The notes beneath the pieces were generated by a model that saw only the letters and a list, made by a program, of their open reading frames with translations, was not told where the DNA came from and ran no database searches. 64,000 bases of DNA, from the NCBI RefSeq assembly GCF_963921235.1, contig NC_086097.1, forward strand, positions 20,028,001 through 20,092,000, in the 5' to 3' direction. Numbering within the stretch: position 1 is the stretch's first letter; each line of letters opens with the position of its first letter. Source of the stretch: Mobula hypostoma. Its lineage: Eukaryota. Below, piece after piece: positions 1 to 15,600 of the stretch. A program made the position numbers and the translations under genes.

Positions 1-168
1 TGCCTTGGGGTTTTCCTTTACCCTACTCACCAAGGCCTTCTCATGCCCCCTTCTTGCTCTTCTCAGCTCCTTCTTAAGCTCCTTTCTTGCTTCCCCATAT
101 TCCTCAATAGACCCATCTGATCCTTGCTTCCTAAACCTCATGTATGCTGCCTTCTTCCACCTGACTAG
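1..168 (-). mobile_element. CR1 LINE ORF2 fragment (young family, same as 47283-49522)
   Basis: Near-identical to the reverse complement of about 47567-47720. Confidence 0.85.
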
Positions 169-599
169 ATCATGGAGGGCTATGGTCCAGATACAACCAT
201 GATGGAACTTGGTAAAAGATCAGACTGTCATGGACTAGATGGGGTGGGTGGCCTGTTCCAGTGCTCTATGACTAAGAATGGAACATGCAGTAACCTGTAC
301 ATTGTTTTACACTACATTGGATTAATTGTCTTTACTCTAAAATGGAACCAAGACTCATCTCAACTGTTCAGCCCAAAGCTGTAAAAATATAACAAACAGA
401 TTAGGTTTAATAACCAAAGAAGATGCTGCTACCATCAACAATGGCTTAGGGCAGCAACAGCAAGTAATCTGTAATTGATCACCTACTTTTAAGCCTCCGA
501 TCGAATTTCTTAGTGACCAGAAACTAGTGAATAAATTGTTACATAACATTGCAGTATTATAATAACATGTAAAACTCAGAACAAAAATCAGATACCTAC

Positions 600-683
600 A
601 TTCATCTAGTCCAAGCTGATATGCAAGATTCTGGAGCCCTCGTACTTTCTCCATTAAGTTTGCAGTTGTAAGGCTTCCCAACT
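600..683 (-). CDS. LIN52: LIN52 exon 5
   Basis: cacag|AGTTGGGA...GATGAAT|gtaggt; [28 protein letters not shown]. Confidence 0.96.
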
Positions 684-3600
684 CTGTGATAGAAACCACA
701 ATTCACTAAGATACCATAACTAGAGCATAACAAGATGTTACAATTAAACTTGTTCAATATGCTAAGACCAAGTCCACAACTTAACGTGACAATTTTATTT
801 TAAACACAATTGATTCGGCAGATGCTGGAAATCCAGAGTAGCAGACACAAAATGCTAGGGGAATTCAGCAGGTCAGGCAGCATAAAGTTTCAATGTTTTG
901 GGCCAAGACCCATCATCAGGACTCAATTTAAAACTATTGCAATTTCAGGACAATCTGCAAATTGAGAAGCATTTGAGAGGGGGAAGAATAATTTCAGGTC
1001 AAAACCCTGCATCAGTGCATCAAGAGCTGTGCTTATCACAATAAAAAAAAACACAAAATATTTCAGTGAAATCCTATTCAAAATTTAAATACTCCATAGG
1101 AGTCCCCAGTGCATAACAGTCCAAAGGATTTCACAGTGGATAAACAGTTAATAGTAAGAAAACATTTATTAAAGGAAAGGTTTAGAAAATTCAGGAGTCT
1201 GAAAATGCTGCATGCCAGAATTTTCATCTGTGAGCACAGGAAAATTAAGACCAGATCCTTTATTACCATAACAGCCCATGAACATTGCATTCATTTTTAA
1301 AAGGACCATTCTACTCTTTTCACGTGGATATTTTGGTTGCTACTTCTTTCAACTGATCTCTCATGTACAGACAGAAACTATACAAACGGCTCCTTGAAAA
1401 CTACATCACTAAGGGAAAAGAGCACTTGCCAAAAATTATGAAATTAAAAGAATAAAATGAAAATAGGCATGTACCCTAGAAATTAGGAGTGATATAATCA
1501 CAAAATATTGTTAAGCAACATATAAGGAAGTAATAATTTTGTACATGAAGACACTGACAAGGGATATTTAAATCAACAAAATGTTTTGGCAATTATGATT
1601 AGATAAAGGGTGGTAAGGTGCATTGTGGGTCATTAAAGATTTGGTAATCTTGGAAGACAGGATTTAGGAAATATTTCAACTTACAAAGGGCAATTAAGAT
1701 TTGGGACTTTCTTTGCAGCTGCAGCAAATTCCAAAATCAGAATCAGGTTTATTATCACTGACATATGACATGAAATTTGTTGTTTTGCAGCAACATTACA
1801 GTACAAACATAAAAAATATAAATTAGAATAAGTGTATATAAAATATTAAATAAGTACTGCAAAAAGACCAAAAAAGAGAAAAATAGCAAGGTAGTGTACA
1901 TGGGTTCATTGTCCATTCAGAAATCTGATGGTAGAGGGGAAGAAGCGGTTCCTAAAACATTGTGTCTCATTGGGCTTCTCTGCCTCCTCTCTGATGGTAA
2001 TAATGAGAAAAGAGGCAATAGTTAATGTAGATAGCAGTTTTATGTTGAACTTTAACTTCAAATCTATATGTGACAAATTTTTGTTTATCAAATGTATGAA
2101 GACATGAAATATGAAATGTACAAAGATTAATGGATGAAACTAATATATTAAGTGACAATGATTCCTCTAAATGGCAGAGCCCACACGTGGGATTAAATAA
2201 TTATATTGCTGACCAGTATTTTCTTCTCTATCTCATGTACAAAACCCACTAACAACTTTCAATATGTTCCTTTCTGCACTTTGTTTCCTAATCTTGTATT
2301 CCTTCTACACTTTCCATACACCTTGTGATTACTTAAGATTTTTTGCCTTAACTTTACTGATAGGCTGCCTTATAAAATATGTTGGAATTTTATGAAATTG
2401 TGAAAGGTATTATACAAATGCACATTCTATTTCATTTATACTCCCAACTTTGAGTCCATGCATTAATGTGCTCTGGCTCTGTACTATTCTAGATTATTTG
2501 AAAATAATTACTGCACAATTTGAACAGAACAAATACCTTTCAGCATGTCAATATCATCTTTCTCAAGTTCTGCCATCCATTTGGGTGGAGAGCTGGTAAT
2601 GGGCTACAACAAAAAAAAATGCAAATTAGCCTTCATTTGGATCTTACAATTCAAGCTTTACTTCATGTTACGTTTTACTTTTGATTTGGGGAAAAGAAGT
2701 GGCACATCAAATTTCTAATGTATTTTCACCTTAGATTCAGAATTACAAAATATGGAAACAGACCCACATGACTAAAATGTCTCACTTGCCTGTGTTTGGC
2801 CGATATCCCTCTAATACAAAGTTCAAAGTATGTATACATTATACAACCTTGTGATCTGTCTCCTTACAGGCAGCCACAAAACAAAGAAACCCAAAAGAAC
2901 CCATTACAAAAAAAAAACAGTCAAACATCCAGTGTGCAGAGAGGGAAAAAACACAGATCGTGCAAACAATAAAAGCAAGCTAGTAGCATTCAGAACTGAA
3001 GTTCATGAAAGAACTTCATCCACAACTCTCAGTTTAATGCAGAGCTAAGCAAACATCACAGAGAAGCAAGCTGAACCAGCCCGTTTCTCACTCAGGCCCT
3101 GACACCCTGACCTTTTCATCATATTCATATTATCTGTCCAAGAGATTTTTTTACATGAACGTTGTGATTGCACTTACCTCTACCATTGCCTCTGGTAGTT
3201 CATTCCATACGCCCACTACCCTTTGCATGGAGAAAACTAGTCCCTCTAATCCCTTTTAAATCTTTCCTCTCTCATCTTAAAACAATGGGCTCTAGCCTTG
3301 GACTTCCCTATACTGGTTTAAAAAAAAGATACAAATTTTCTACCTCTCAATTTTATAAAGCACCCTTTATCTCCTTTGCTCTAGGGAAAGCAGTCCCATT
3401 TATCTAATCTCTCCTTATAATTCCAGTTCTTCAGTCCAAACAACTTTGCTGTGAAGACTTTCTTCATTTTCTTCAATTTATTATCTCTTTCCTACAACAT
3501 AAAGATCTCTGGGATTGAAGCTCCTATTCACCCATCGTAAAGAAATGCATTAGCATGGGTTGTTAAGGTTCAAGAGGAGAGGAGCCAATCTACAACTATA

Positions 3601-6600
3601 TCATGAAGAGAAACAAATATGGAAGCTGTATATCATTTACAATGAAGGTTCAAATATACATACATGGGGAAATACATTTTATTTTCCCAATATTAAGCTT
3701 TATTTAAAGCATTTGTTTCCAACAATATCATATACTCAAATTGGAACTGGTACTTTGGAACTTATCAAGACAGATTGTGGAATAGGATCTTAAATATTAT
3801 ACTATTTATCCACAGTTAAGGAGGCAAAGTTCCTCATGTAAATAAATTTAAGAAAGCAGAGTAGTCTGCTTTTACAGGGATTCTAGCTTCACATGTAATT
3901 ATTTACTAAGAATCTGTATTTGTATAACCCTATGTATCAGCAATACTCACACTATATTCATCAGAACATCAATTTGCGCAAAGACACTTACACTTTTGAA
4001 AGATGCAGCAAATTCTGCTACCCCTGGCACTGAAAGAGATAATGAGATACACGATTAGAATAAAATGAGATTAGCTTTATTTGTCTCACGTACAGCGAAA
4101 CATCGAAACATACAATAAAATCCGTTGCTTACGTCAATGGCCAACAAATCCAAGGATGTGCTTAGGGCAGCCTTCAAGTGTCACCATATTATGATATTGC
4201 ACAACGTCTAAAAGAAGTGAATTTAAAATATGTATGGGGTATTCATATGTATGGATGCCATCTCTCTGGCCCTACATTCCTCCTTAGAACACCTGGAGAA
4301 TAAAGACGCATATGTAAGGCTCCTTTTCATTGACTACAGCTCTGCCTTTAATACCATCATTCCAAATAAACTGATTCCTAAGCTCTGGAACCTTGGCCTT
4401 AGCACTCAGATCTGCAGCTGGATCTTCAACTTCCTCACAGACAGGATCCAGGCTGTGAAAATAGGGGACAAGCTCTCCTCTACAATCACTCTGAGCACCG
4501 GTGCCCCACAAGGCTGTGTACTCAGCCCCCTGCTGTACTCACTGTACACCCATGATTGTGTAGCCAAGTTTCCATCAAACTCAATATATAAGTTTGCTGA
4601 TGACACAACAATTGTAGGCCGTATCTCGGGTAATGATGAGTTTGAATACAGAGAGGAAATTAAGAACCTGCTGGCATGGCGCGAAGACAATAACCTATCC
4701 CTCAACGTCAGCAAGACGAAGGAATTGATTGTTGACTTCAGAAAGAGTAGCAGACCACAAGACCCAATTTACATCGGTGGTCCGCAAGTGGAACAGGTCA
4801 AAAGCTTTAAGTTCCTCGGGGTCAATATCACAAATGACCTGACTTGGTCCAACCAAGCAGAGTCCACTGTCAAGAAGGCCCACCCAGTGCCTTTGCTTCC
4901 TGAGAAAACTAAAGAAATTTGGCCTGTCCCCTAAAACCCTCACTAATTTTTATACATGCACCATAGAAAGCATTCTTCTAGGGTGCATCACAACCTGGTA
5001 TGGAAGTTGTCCTGTCCAAGACCGAAAGAAGCTGCAGAAGATCGTGAACATGCGCAGCACATCACACAAACCAATCTTCTATCCTTGGACTCACTTTACA
5101 CCGCGTGCTGTCGGAGCAGTGCTGCCAGGATAATCAAGGACACGACCCACCCAGCCAACACACTTTTCGTCCCTCTTCCCTCCGGGAGAAGGCTCAGGAG
5201 CTTGAAAACTCGTACAGCCAGATTTGGGAACAGCTTCTTTCCAACTGTGATAAGACTGCTGAACGGATCCTGACCCGGATCTGGGCCGTACTCTCCAAAT
5301 ATCCACACCTGCCCTTCAGTTTTTTTGCACTACCTTACTTTCCATTTTTCTATTTTCTATTTATGATTTATAATTTAATTTTTTAATTTTTACTATTTTT
5401 AATATTTAATATTTGTAATCCAGGGAGTGGAAAGCACAGAATCAAATATCGCTGTGATGATTGTATGTTCTAGTATCAATTGTTTGGCGACAATAAAGTA
5501 TAAAGTATTAAAAGCAGTAACATTAAATGGTCCCAAAAATCCCTCAATCCAGCACCAAAGTTCTGAGTGTGCCGGATTACCACCCCCCCCATATACTTCA
5601 AATAAAATAAAAGAATGTCAAATATGTCTGCATATTCTAATCTTAGAGCATGGCACTTATAAGTCATTGAGTAATTTGTACTATTAAGAATATCACTTGC
5701 GGTAGAATATATTTATTTGCAATTCCATGGTGATTATGAAGAATGCAACTGCCCTGTACAATTCAGTCCACTTTTATTGAATACAAGGTTTCCAAACTGC
5801 GCTGTGCATACAATTAGGGGCATTAAATTCATCCCTGAGGTACTCATTTCTTCCTCTCCAAGTGGTCACCGAGTATAGGACTGTGGTGGCAGCCTCTTAC
5901 TTCAAGCTCAGTGGTGGCAGTGGTAGAATCCCTAGAGATTCAGCTGTTCCATACACTACTGCCCGATGTCTGCTTTAGTCTTCACAAAACATGGCTGACA
6001 CATTGTTCTGAAGGCCTCTTTGGGCTTCTAAGGAAGTTTCTCTTAGGAGTTACAGAGCTACATAGCAAGGAAAACAGGCTCTTCAGCCCTAATCATCAAC
6101 AGTAACCAAATTGGCAATTTAAGCTAGTCCCATTTAGCCCATATTACTTTAACTTTTCCTGGCCCATATACCTGTTCAAAGTGCTATAAAATGTCAATAT
6201 TATACCATCTCTACTACTTCCTCTAGCAGCTCATTTCAATGTGTACCAAACTCTGAAACAAAATTTTCATAAGATTCCTTTTAAATCTTTTCTCTCACTT
6301 CAAACCTAAGCCCTTTAGCTTTGGATTCCACTACCCCGGGAAAAAGACTGGTTATTCGCATTATCTGTGCCCATCATGATTTTAAAGAGTGTTTTTATTT
6401 GTCACATACAGTGAACTGTGTCCTAAGAGGATATTCTGTGGACAGCTCATAAGTGTCACCATGATTCTGGAGCAACACAGTATTTCGGGTAGATGGAGCT
6501 CGTCAGCCTGAGAAGGCAGTCCATCTAAGAGAGGGAAAACTCTGATTTCAAACCTCCATTGCCTTGCGGCCATACCCACACAAGGGAGAGGCTTCGGGAG

Positions 6601-9600
6601 TAAATACCGAGGACAAATCCGGAGCTGGAGTCCCTAAGGCAGTCCGATGTCGCCTTCAACCTTGTTCTGGCAACTGCTGCAACAACACTGGTGCCAAGCT
6701 GTATCGGCCCTTGCCCCTCCCTTGGACGACATCAGTGTCGTGGAGAGGGGAGACTTGCTGCATGGGCGACTGCCAGTCTTCCATAAAACCTTGCCCAGGC
6801 CGGCGCCCTGGAGACCTTCCAGGCGCAGATCCATGGTCTCACGAGACCAATGGATGCCATCATAATATGTCCACAACATACTAACCCTACCCTATACATG
6901 TTTGTAATACAGAAGGAAACCCATGCAGTCACAGGGAGAACATACAAACTCTTTACAGACAGCAGCAGGAATTGACCCCGAATGCTGGCACTATTACAGC
7001 GTAATGCTAACTGCTACACTACCATGCTGCCCTTATATAAACCTTTCCAAAGGCCATCAGCTTCCTATACTCCAGGGAAAAAATTCCTTGTTAATCCAGT
7101 CTCTCCTTGTATCTCAAACACACCATTACCAGGAACATCCTTGTCAAGACTGACTGTTGGCTTCATAGTTCCAGCTACTGCAACTCCTTAAAGTCCAAAG
7201 TAAATTTTATTATCAAAGTACATGTCATCGTGTACAACCCAGTGTGGGCACATGGCCAAGTGGTTAAGGCATTGGACTAGCTACCTGAAGGTCATGAGTT
7301 CGAGCCCCAGCCGAGGAAACGTGTTGTATCCTTGAGCAAGGCACTTAATCACACATTGCTCTGCGACAACACTGGTGCCAAGCTGTATGGGTCCTAATGC
7401 CCTTCCCTTGGACAACATCAGTGGCGTGGAGAGGGGAGACTTGCAGCATGGGCAACTGCTGGTCTTCCATACAACCTTGCCCAGGCCTGCGCCTTGGAGA
7501 GTGAAGACTTTCCAGGTGCAGATCCATGGTCTCGCAAGACTAACGGATGCCTTTACTTCTACTTTTATACAACCCTGAGACTCTTTTGTCTACTCAACAA
7601 TCTATAAAATAATAACTATAACAGAATCAATGAAAGACCGCCCAACCAGGGCATCCAGCCAGAATACAGAAGACAACAAATGCTGCAAATACAAAAAGAA
7701 GAAACAATAACAATAAATAAACAAACAATAAATATCAAGAACATGAGATGAAGAGTCCTTGAAAGTGAGTCTATTGGTTGTGGGAACATTTCAATAATGG
7801 GGCAAGTGGAGTTATCCCCTTTGGTTCAAGAGCCTGATGGTTGAGGGGTAATATCTGTTTCTGAACCTTGTGGTGCAAGTCCTGAGGCTTCTGTACCTTC
7901 TACCTGATGGCAGCAATGAGAAGAGAGCATGTCCTGGTTGCTGGGGGTCACTGATGATGGATGCTGTTTTGCTGAGGAGGTATTTCTGTAGATGGGCTCA
8001 GCGGCTGATGCACTGGGCTGTATCCACTACTTTTTGTGGGATTTTCCTTTCAAAGGCATTGGTGCTTCCATACCAGTCTGTGATGCAGCCAGTCAATATA
8101 CTATTCATTACACATCCATAGAACTTCTTCCAAAGTTTTAGCTGGCATGCCAAATCTCCACAAACTCCTAAGGAAGTAGAAGTGATGCTGTGCTTTCTTC
8201 ATAATTGCTCATGTGCTGCCAGAACAGGTCCATCAAAATAATAACACTTTGGAACTTAAAGTTGCTGACCCTCCAATGAGGACTGGCTCATGGACTTCTG
8301 TTTCCTTCTCCTGAAGTCTATAATCAGCTCTCTGGTCTTGCGGAAATTGAGTGAGAGGTTGTTGTTGCGGTGACACTGCTCAGTCAATTATGGTAACTGA
8401 ATTATGGTATATGCTGATATACAGCACTCAAATCTGGTAGACAGCAAATCTTCAGGATCTTCTGTGATATACCATTGACTTGCTGCGAGTCTTCCTTAGT
8501 CTTCAATCTTCCCTAGACATTAAATTATGTGGCATGAATTCCCATAATTATTCCATGTGGGGGACATTCATAGTCCACTGCAGGTACTATCACCTTCTAC
8601 ATTTAGATGTCAATACCAGACAACCATTTTAACACAACTATTGGATCTGTCTGATACCTATTTGAATCATTGCAATAGTGTCTTACTTTGTTCTGGCCAT
8701 AAATCTGGTGAAGCTCGGTCTAGTTTCTCAAAACTCAGCAACGACTGCTCCAAGTCTGCACCTGATAACATAGAAGCAGAAATAACGAGTTAGACCTTGA
8801 TGGGCCAATGCCATTAAATTTCTGAACAGTAGTGGAATAACATATTTTGCATAATTAATTTGGCCTGGAGAAATTAAATGAAGAGTTAATGTATTCAAAA
8901 ATGTTACATCTAGCATATGGGACCACTAACAAGAAAAAAGTCTGCAGATGCTGGAAATCCAAGCAACACACACAAAACATTGGAGGAACTCAAGCAGGCC
9001 AGGCGGCATTTATGGAAAAGAGTACAGTCGATATTTCAGGCCGAAATCCTTCAGCAGGACTCCGTGGCACACAGAACGCATGGGAGAAGCAGTCAGTTGA
9101 ATGCAAGTACATGGGATCCTTGGAGGGTCCAAATCGAGCAGCTTGAAAACAAATCTGGAAACTGTGTGCTATAAACTGGCGGCAAAGACATGTTCCCAGA
9201 AAGGATACATGGCTGTAGTAGTGGGTCTGGGTAAACACATGGTCAAAGAGTTGGAGGGCAGCAAGTATCACAGCAGGAAAGCAGTGAGAGAGAGTTTCAC
9301 TGAACTCCGAAAGGGAAGATTTAAACTTCTTCAGGGTAGGCATCCTTGGAAGAGACTTCGCAGAGTAGTAATCAAACCATAAATGAGAAAATCTGCAGAT
9401 ATTGGAAATCCAAGCAACACATACAAAATGCTGGAGGAACTCAGCAGGCCAGGCAGCATCAGTTCTGCCAAAGGGTTTCGGCCTGAAACGTCGACTACTT
9501 TTTTTCCATAGATGTTGCCTGGGCTGCTGAGATCCTCCAGCATTTTGTGTGTGTTATATGGGACCAATGATCCCTTCAAATTTGATATAAGAGGATCACT

Positions 9601-12600
9601 ATTAAATTTATGGAGCAAATTTGTGTGAGCACCACCAAAGGCAGTGAGTTCTTTCTCCTTGGGTGGGTTTTTTCTTATTTTTTTAAACCATACAAGACAG
9701 ATATGGTCTAGCAGAGCGGCCCATCATCGGAATAGGAACTAGAGTCAAAGTAGGAACTTAAAGACTTTGACTTGAGAAATCGAGGCCAAAGAAACAGATA
9801 ATGGTAGGTTTTTCCTTTCATTATTGTTGATTTGATCTCAGTACAGTGCAGGCAGGATGGCAGATATGGCAGTGGAATGTTCCTCTTCTAGGATGTGGGA
9901 ATTCAAGGAACTTGATAGTCTCCCTGATGACTACACCTGCGGGTAGTACAGCCAACTCCAGCTCCTGAAAGACTGCATTAGGAAGTTGGAGATGGAGTTG
10001 GATGAGCTAAGGATCATCCAGAAAGCAGAGGAATTGATAGATAAGACTTTTGAGAATTCAGGGAGTAGATGGGTGAACACTGAGGAAGTTAAAGGGAGAA
10101 AGAAGTCAGTGCAGGATCCCTGTGTGGCCATTCCCCTCAACAACAGGTATACCCCTTTGGATACTGATGATGGGGATGAGCTATCTGGGCAAGGCAGCAG
10201 CAGCCAAACCAATAGCACTGTGGTCAGCTCTGAGCCTCAGAAGGGTAGGGCAAAGTCAGACAGAGCAACAGTCATAGGGGACTCAATAGTTAGGGGGACA
10301 GAGAAGAGATTCTGCGGCAGCAAGAGAGACACCAGGATAGTGTGTTGCCTTTTGGGTGCTAGAGTCAGGATGTCTCTGAGCTGCTGCAGAATATTCTTGA
10401 AGGGGAGATTGAGTAGCCAGAAGTCATGGTACATATTGGTACCAATGACATAGACAGGAGAGGGGTAGAGGTCCTGTGTAGTAAGTTTAGGGAGTTAGGA
10501 AGGAGGCAGAAGAGCAGGACCTTCAAAGTGGTCATCTCTGGATTACTCCTGGTGCAACTAGCTAGGTAAGGTCAGAACAGGAAGATAGCGCAGACAAATG
10601 AGTGGTTGAGGAAATGGTGCAGGGGGCAGGGTTTCATGTTCTTGGATCATTGGAATCTTTTCTGAGGAAGAGGTGACCTGTACAAGTAGGATGTGTTGCA
10701 CCTGAACGGGGGGGGGGGGGGAGAGAGAATGACTATCCTAGGAGGGAGTTTGCTAATGCTATTGGGGAGGATTTAAACTAGATTTGTAGGGGACTGGGAA
10801 CCAAAATGAAGAGGCAGTTGGTACAGAGGTAGAGACAGCTTGTAGGGAGGTTATGAGGAAGGACAGGCAGTTGTTAGAGCAAAGACGCACTCAGCCAGGT
10901 GGTTTATTGATGTGTCTACTCTAATGCAAGGAGCATCATAAACAAGGCAGATGAACCTACAGCGTGGATCAATACGTGGAACTATGGTGTCGTGGCCATT
11001 ACAGAGACTTGGGTGTCTCAGGGGCAGGAACGGCTGCTGAGTATGCCGGGCTTTAGATGTTGCAAAAAGGACAGGGAGGGAAGCAAGAGAGGTGGGGGTG
11101 TGACATTACTAATCAGGGATAGCATTAAGGCTGCAGGAAAGGAGGAAGTCATGGAGGAATTGTCCACTGAGTCAGTGTGGGTGGAAGTTAGAAACAGGAA
11201 GGGGGCAATAACTCTACTGTGGTTTTTTTTTTATAGACGTCCCCAATAGTTATAGAGACATCGAGGAGCAGATAGGGAGGCAGATTCTGGAATGGTACAA
11301 TAATAATAGGGTTGTTGTGATGAGTGATTTTAACTTTACTAATATTGACTGGCATCTCCTTAGAGCAAGGAGTTTGGATGGGGTGGAGTTTGTTAGGTGT
11401 GTTCAGGAAGGTTTCCTGATGCAATATGTAGATAAGCCAACTAGAGGAAAGGCTGTACTTGATCTGGTATTGGGAAATGAACCTGGTCAGGTGTCAGATC
11501 TCTCTGTGATCACAACTCCATCTCTTTTACCATAGCACTGGAGAGGGATAGGAACAGACAAGTTAGGAAAGCATTTAATTGGAGTAAGAGGAAATATGAA
11601 GCCATCAGGCAGGAACTTGGAAGCATAAACTGGGAACAGATGTTCTCAGGGAAATGCACAGCAGAAATGTGGCAAATGTTCAGGGAACATTTGCATGGTG
11701 TTCTGCATAGGTATGTTCCATCGAGGCAAGGAAAGGATGGTTGGGTAAAGGACAATGGTGTACAAAGGATGTAGAAAATCTAGTTAAGAAAAGAACAGCT
11801 TATGAAAGGTTCAAGAAACTGGGTACTGTTACAGCTCTAGAAAATTACAAGGTTGCCAGGAAGGAGCTTAAAAATGAAATCAGGAGAAATAGAAGGGGTC
11901 ATGAGAAGGCCTTGGCAAGCAGGATTAAGGAAAACACCAAGGCATTCTACAAGTATGTGAAGAGCAACGGAATGAGCCGTGTGAGACTAGGACCAATCAA
12001 GTGCGATAGTGGAAACATATGCATGGGGTTGGAAGAGGTAACGAAGGTATACTTTGCTTCAGTATTCACCAGGGGAAAGGACCTTGGCAATTGTGGGGAT
12101 GACTTACAGCAGACTGAAATGATGTAGCATATAGACATTAAGAAAGCGGATGTGTTGGAGCTTTTGAAAAGCATTGTTAGATAAGTCGCTGGTTCTGAAC
12201 AAGATATACCCCAGGCTACTATGGGGAGCATGGAAGGAGACGATCTTTGCATCATCAACAGGGATGGGAGCAGTACCAGATTGGAGAGTTGCAAATGTTG
12301 TTCCCTTGTTCAAGAAAGGGAGTAGAGATAACACGGGAAATTATAGACCAGTGAGTATTACTTCAGTAGTGGGCAAGTTGTTGGAGAAGATCCTGAGAGG
12401 CAGGATATATGAGCACTTGGAAAGACAACCTGATTAGGGATAGTCAGCGTGGTTTTGTCAAGGGCAGGTTGTGCCTTACGAGCCTGATTGAATACTTTGA
12501 GGATGTAACAAAACACATTGATGAAGGTAAAGCAGTAGATGTAGTGTATATGGATTTCAGTGAGGCATTTGATAAGGCTCATTCAGAAAGTAAGGAGGCA

Positions 12601-15600
12601 TGGAACTCAAGGAGACATTCTTTGTGGATCCAGAATTGGCTTGCCCACAGAAGGCAAAGGGTAGATAGTTCGTATTCTGCATGGTGGTCAGTGACCAGTG
12701 GTGTTCCGCAGGGATCTGTTCTGGGACCCCTCCTCTTTGTGATTTTTATAAATGACTTGGATAGGGAAGTAGAAGGGTGAGTTAGTAAGTTTGCTGATGA
12801 CACAGAAGTTGGGATTGTTGTGGATAGTCTGGAGAGTTGTCAGGGGTTACAGCAGGACATCGATAGGATGCAGAACTGGGCTGAGAAGTGGTCAGCACAA
12901 CATTGTGCACCGAAGGGACTGTAACATGCTGTAGATTTCTATAATAAACCTCAACTTCAGTTCTACAGCAAATTGTAAATACTTTTGCTCTTCTATGGCT
13001 ATGCTTGCCAAACAAAAGCAGAAATTACCCCTACATCAACATCAATTAACTTCAATAAATTACGTAAGTATTACCATGAAAGAGTTAAATAGGTTACTAG
13101 CAAATTAACTGTGGTGATAAGCAATTTTTTAAAAAATATATACATATGATTTTGACAGGCAGGTTTCAGAAATTTAGCCCCACCCATGTAGTAAAATATT
13201 GGCTACAACTACATAACTGACAAGCACTTTAAGTAGTTATATGGACTGTTTCAAAGATAACTTCAAAATTTTGATCAAACTAGTTTATATATAGCCAATT
13301 GGTAAGTGGCATTGTACAAGAAATGTTCAAGTTTGTTAGAACAGATGAAAAGAAATTTCTGGAAATATTCAGCAGATCAAAGGCACTTATTCAGCACTTG
13401 AGGAGAAAGGACAGAACTAATATTGATCTTTCATCTCTCTGCCCCAATGTTAATCAAATTTTTCCAGAATTTTGTATTTCTAATTTAACAATTCTAGCAA
13501 TTCTGGTTGTGTCCCCCCGCCCCCCCACTGGGAACAAATGCCAATTGTCCGAATCCTTTTTACAATTTTGTGGTTATTTCACAACTTCCCTGTATGATTC
13601 ATTGGATGAACCCATTTATCTATTTACCTTCCCAGTTTTTAAATTTTCAATGGCTTATTATGGGGAGAATTTCAGACTTTTACTATCTTTTGTGAACTTA
13701 ATGTAAACCAGATTTCACTCCATTTGTTAAACAGATCAGTATATGCAGATGATATTCAGTATTCACTTCAAAGGATGAGCATTGTGTCTTTATTTTGTAC
13801 TATTAAATAATTCCAGGCCACAGCCAACACCTCCTTGGAGAAGAGGCTGTAATTATACCATACAAGTCAACAATTGTTTTTTTCAAAAAAGACTAACCAA
13901 CTGCAGGGAACAATAGCATTGTAGTTAAGTTCCTTACCTGGTACTCAGAAATCTGAACTACTGAAAGGGAGATACAAGTGCAGAATCCAGTGCAACATGT
14001 TTGCCATTTATATGAATGATTTGGATGCAAATGTACATGCTTACACAAAAATAGGAAGTATCACAGACAGTGAAGGTGGTTATGAAAGATCATAGAGGGA
14101 TCATAGAAACATAGAAAATAGGTGCAGGAGTAGGCCATTCGGCCCTTCGAGCCTGCACCGCCATTTATTATGATCATGGCTGATCATCCAACTCAGAACC
14201 CTGCACCAGCCTTCCCTCCATACCCCCTGATCCCTTTAGCCACAAGGGCCATATCTAACTCCCTCTTAAATATAGCCAATGAACCGGCTTCAACTGTTTC
14301 CTGTGGCAGAGAATTCCACAGATTCACCACTCTCTGTGTGAAGAAGTTTTTCCTAATCTCAGTCCTAAAAGGCTTCCCCTTTATCCTCAATCTGTGACCC
14401 CTCGTTCTGGACTTCCCTAACATCGGGAACAATCTTCCTGCATCTGGCCTGTCCAATCCCTTTAGGATTTTATACGTTTCAATCAGATCCCCCCTCAATC
14501 TTCTAAATTCCAACAAGCCTAGTTCATCCAGTCTTTCTTCATATGAAAGTCCTGCCATCCCAGGAATCAATCTGGTGAACCTTCTTTGTACTCCCTCTAT
14601 GGCAAGGATGTCTTTCCTCAGATTAGGGGATCAAAACTGCACACAATACTCCAGGTGTGGTCTCACCAAGGCCTTGTACAACTGCAGTAGTACCTCCCTG
14701 CTCCTGTACTCGAATCCTCTCGCTATAAATGCCAGCATACCATTCACCTTTTTCACCGCCTGCTGTACCTGCATGCCCACTTTCAATGACTGGTGTATAA
14801 TGACACCCAGGTCTCATTGCACCTCCCCTTTTCCTAATCAGCCACCATTCAGATAATAATCTGTTCTCCTATTTTTGCCACCAAAGTGGCTAACTTCACA
14901 TTTACCCACATTAAATTGCATCTGCCATGAATTTGCCCATTCACCCAACCTATCCAAGTCACCCTGCATCCTCTTAGCATCCTCCTCACAGCTAACACTG
15001 CCACCCAGCTTCGTGTCATCTGCAAACTTGGAGATGCTGCATTTAATTCCCTCATCCAAGTCATTAATATATGTTGTAAACAACTGGGGTCTCAGCACTG
15101 AGCCTTGCGGTACCCCACTAGTCACTGCCTACCATTCTGAAAAGGTCCCGTTTATTCCCACTCTTTGCTTCCTGTCTGCTAACCAATTCCGTATCCACAT
15201 CAATACCTTACCCCCAATACCGTGTGCTTTAAGTTTGCACACTAATCTCCTGTGTGGGACCTTGTCAAAAGCCTTTTGAAAATCCAAATATACCACATCC
15301 ACTGGTTCTCCCCTATCCACTCTACTAGTTACATCCTCAAAAAATTCTGAGATTCGTCAGACATGATTTTCCTTTCACAAATCCATGCTGACTTTTTCCG
15401 ATGATTTCACCGCTTTCCAAATGTGCTGTTATCACATCTTTGATAACTGACTTCAGCAGTTTCCCCACCACCGACGTTAGGCTAACCGGTCTATAATTCC
15501 CCGGTTTCTCTCTCCCTCCTTTTTTAAAAAGTGGGGTTACATTAGCTACCCTCCAATCCTCAGGAACTAGTCCAGAATCTAACGAGTTTTGAAAAATTAT

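Noticed and set aside
355..699. Single-exon ORF beginning [10 protein letters not shown]
   Set aside because: Only 600-683 is LIN52 exon; the rest is intron read-through. The same applies to ORFs 30245-30658, 31480-31779 and 35329-35580 around ALDH6A1 exons
7243..7318. tRNA gene candidates (also near 21816 and 53783)
   Set aside because: Stems are imperfect, and each continues into a shared tail flanked by TSDs, so they are SINE heads
8930..9557. Recurring aaatgctggaggaactcagcagg units as a CRISPR-like array
   Set aside because: Dispersed, irregular and in both orientations in eukaryotic introns; explained by Penelope pLTRs
10708..10721. Poly-G run as a functional G-quadruplex
   Set aside because: A slippage expansion inside a dead CR1; no other support
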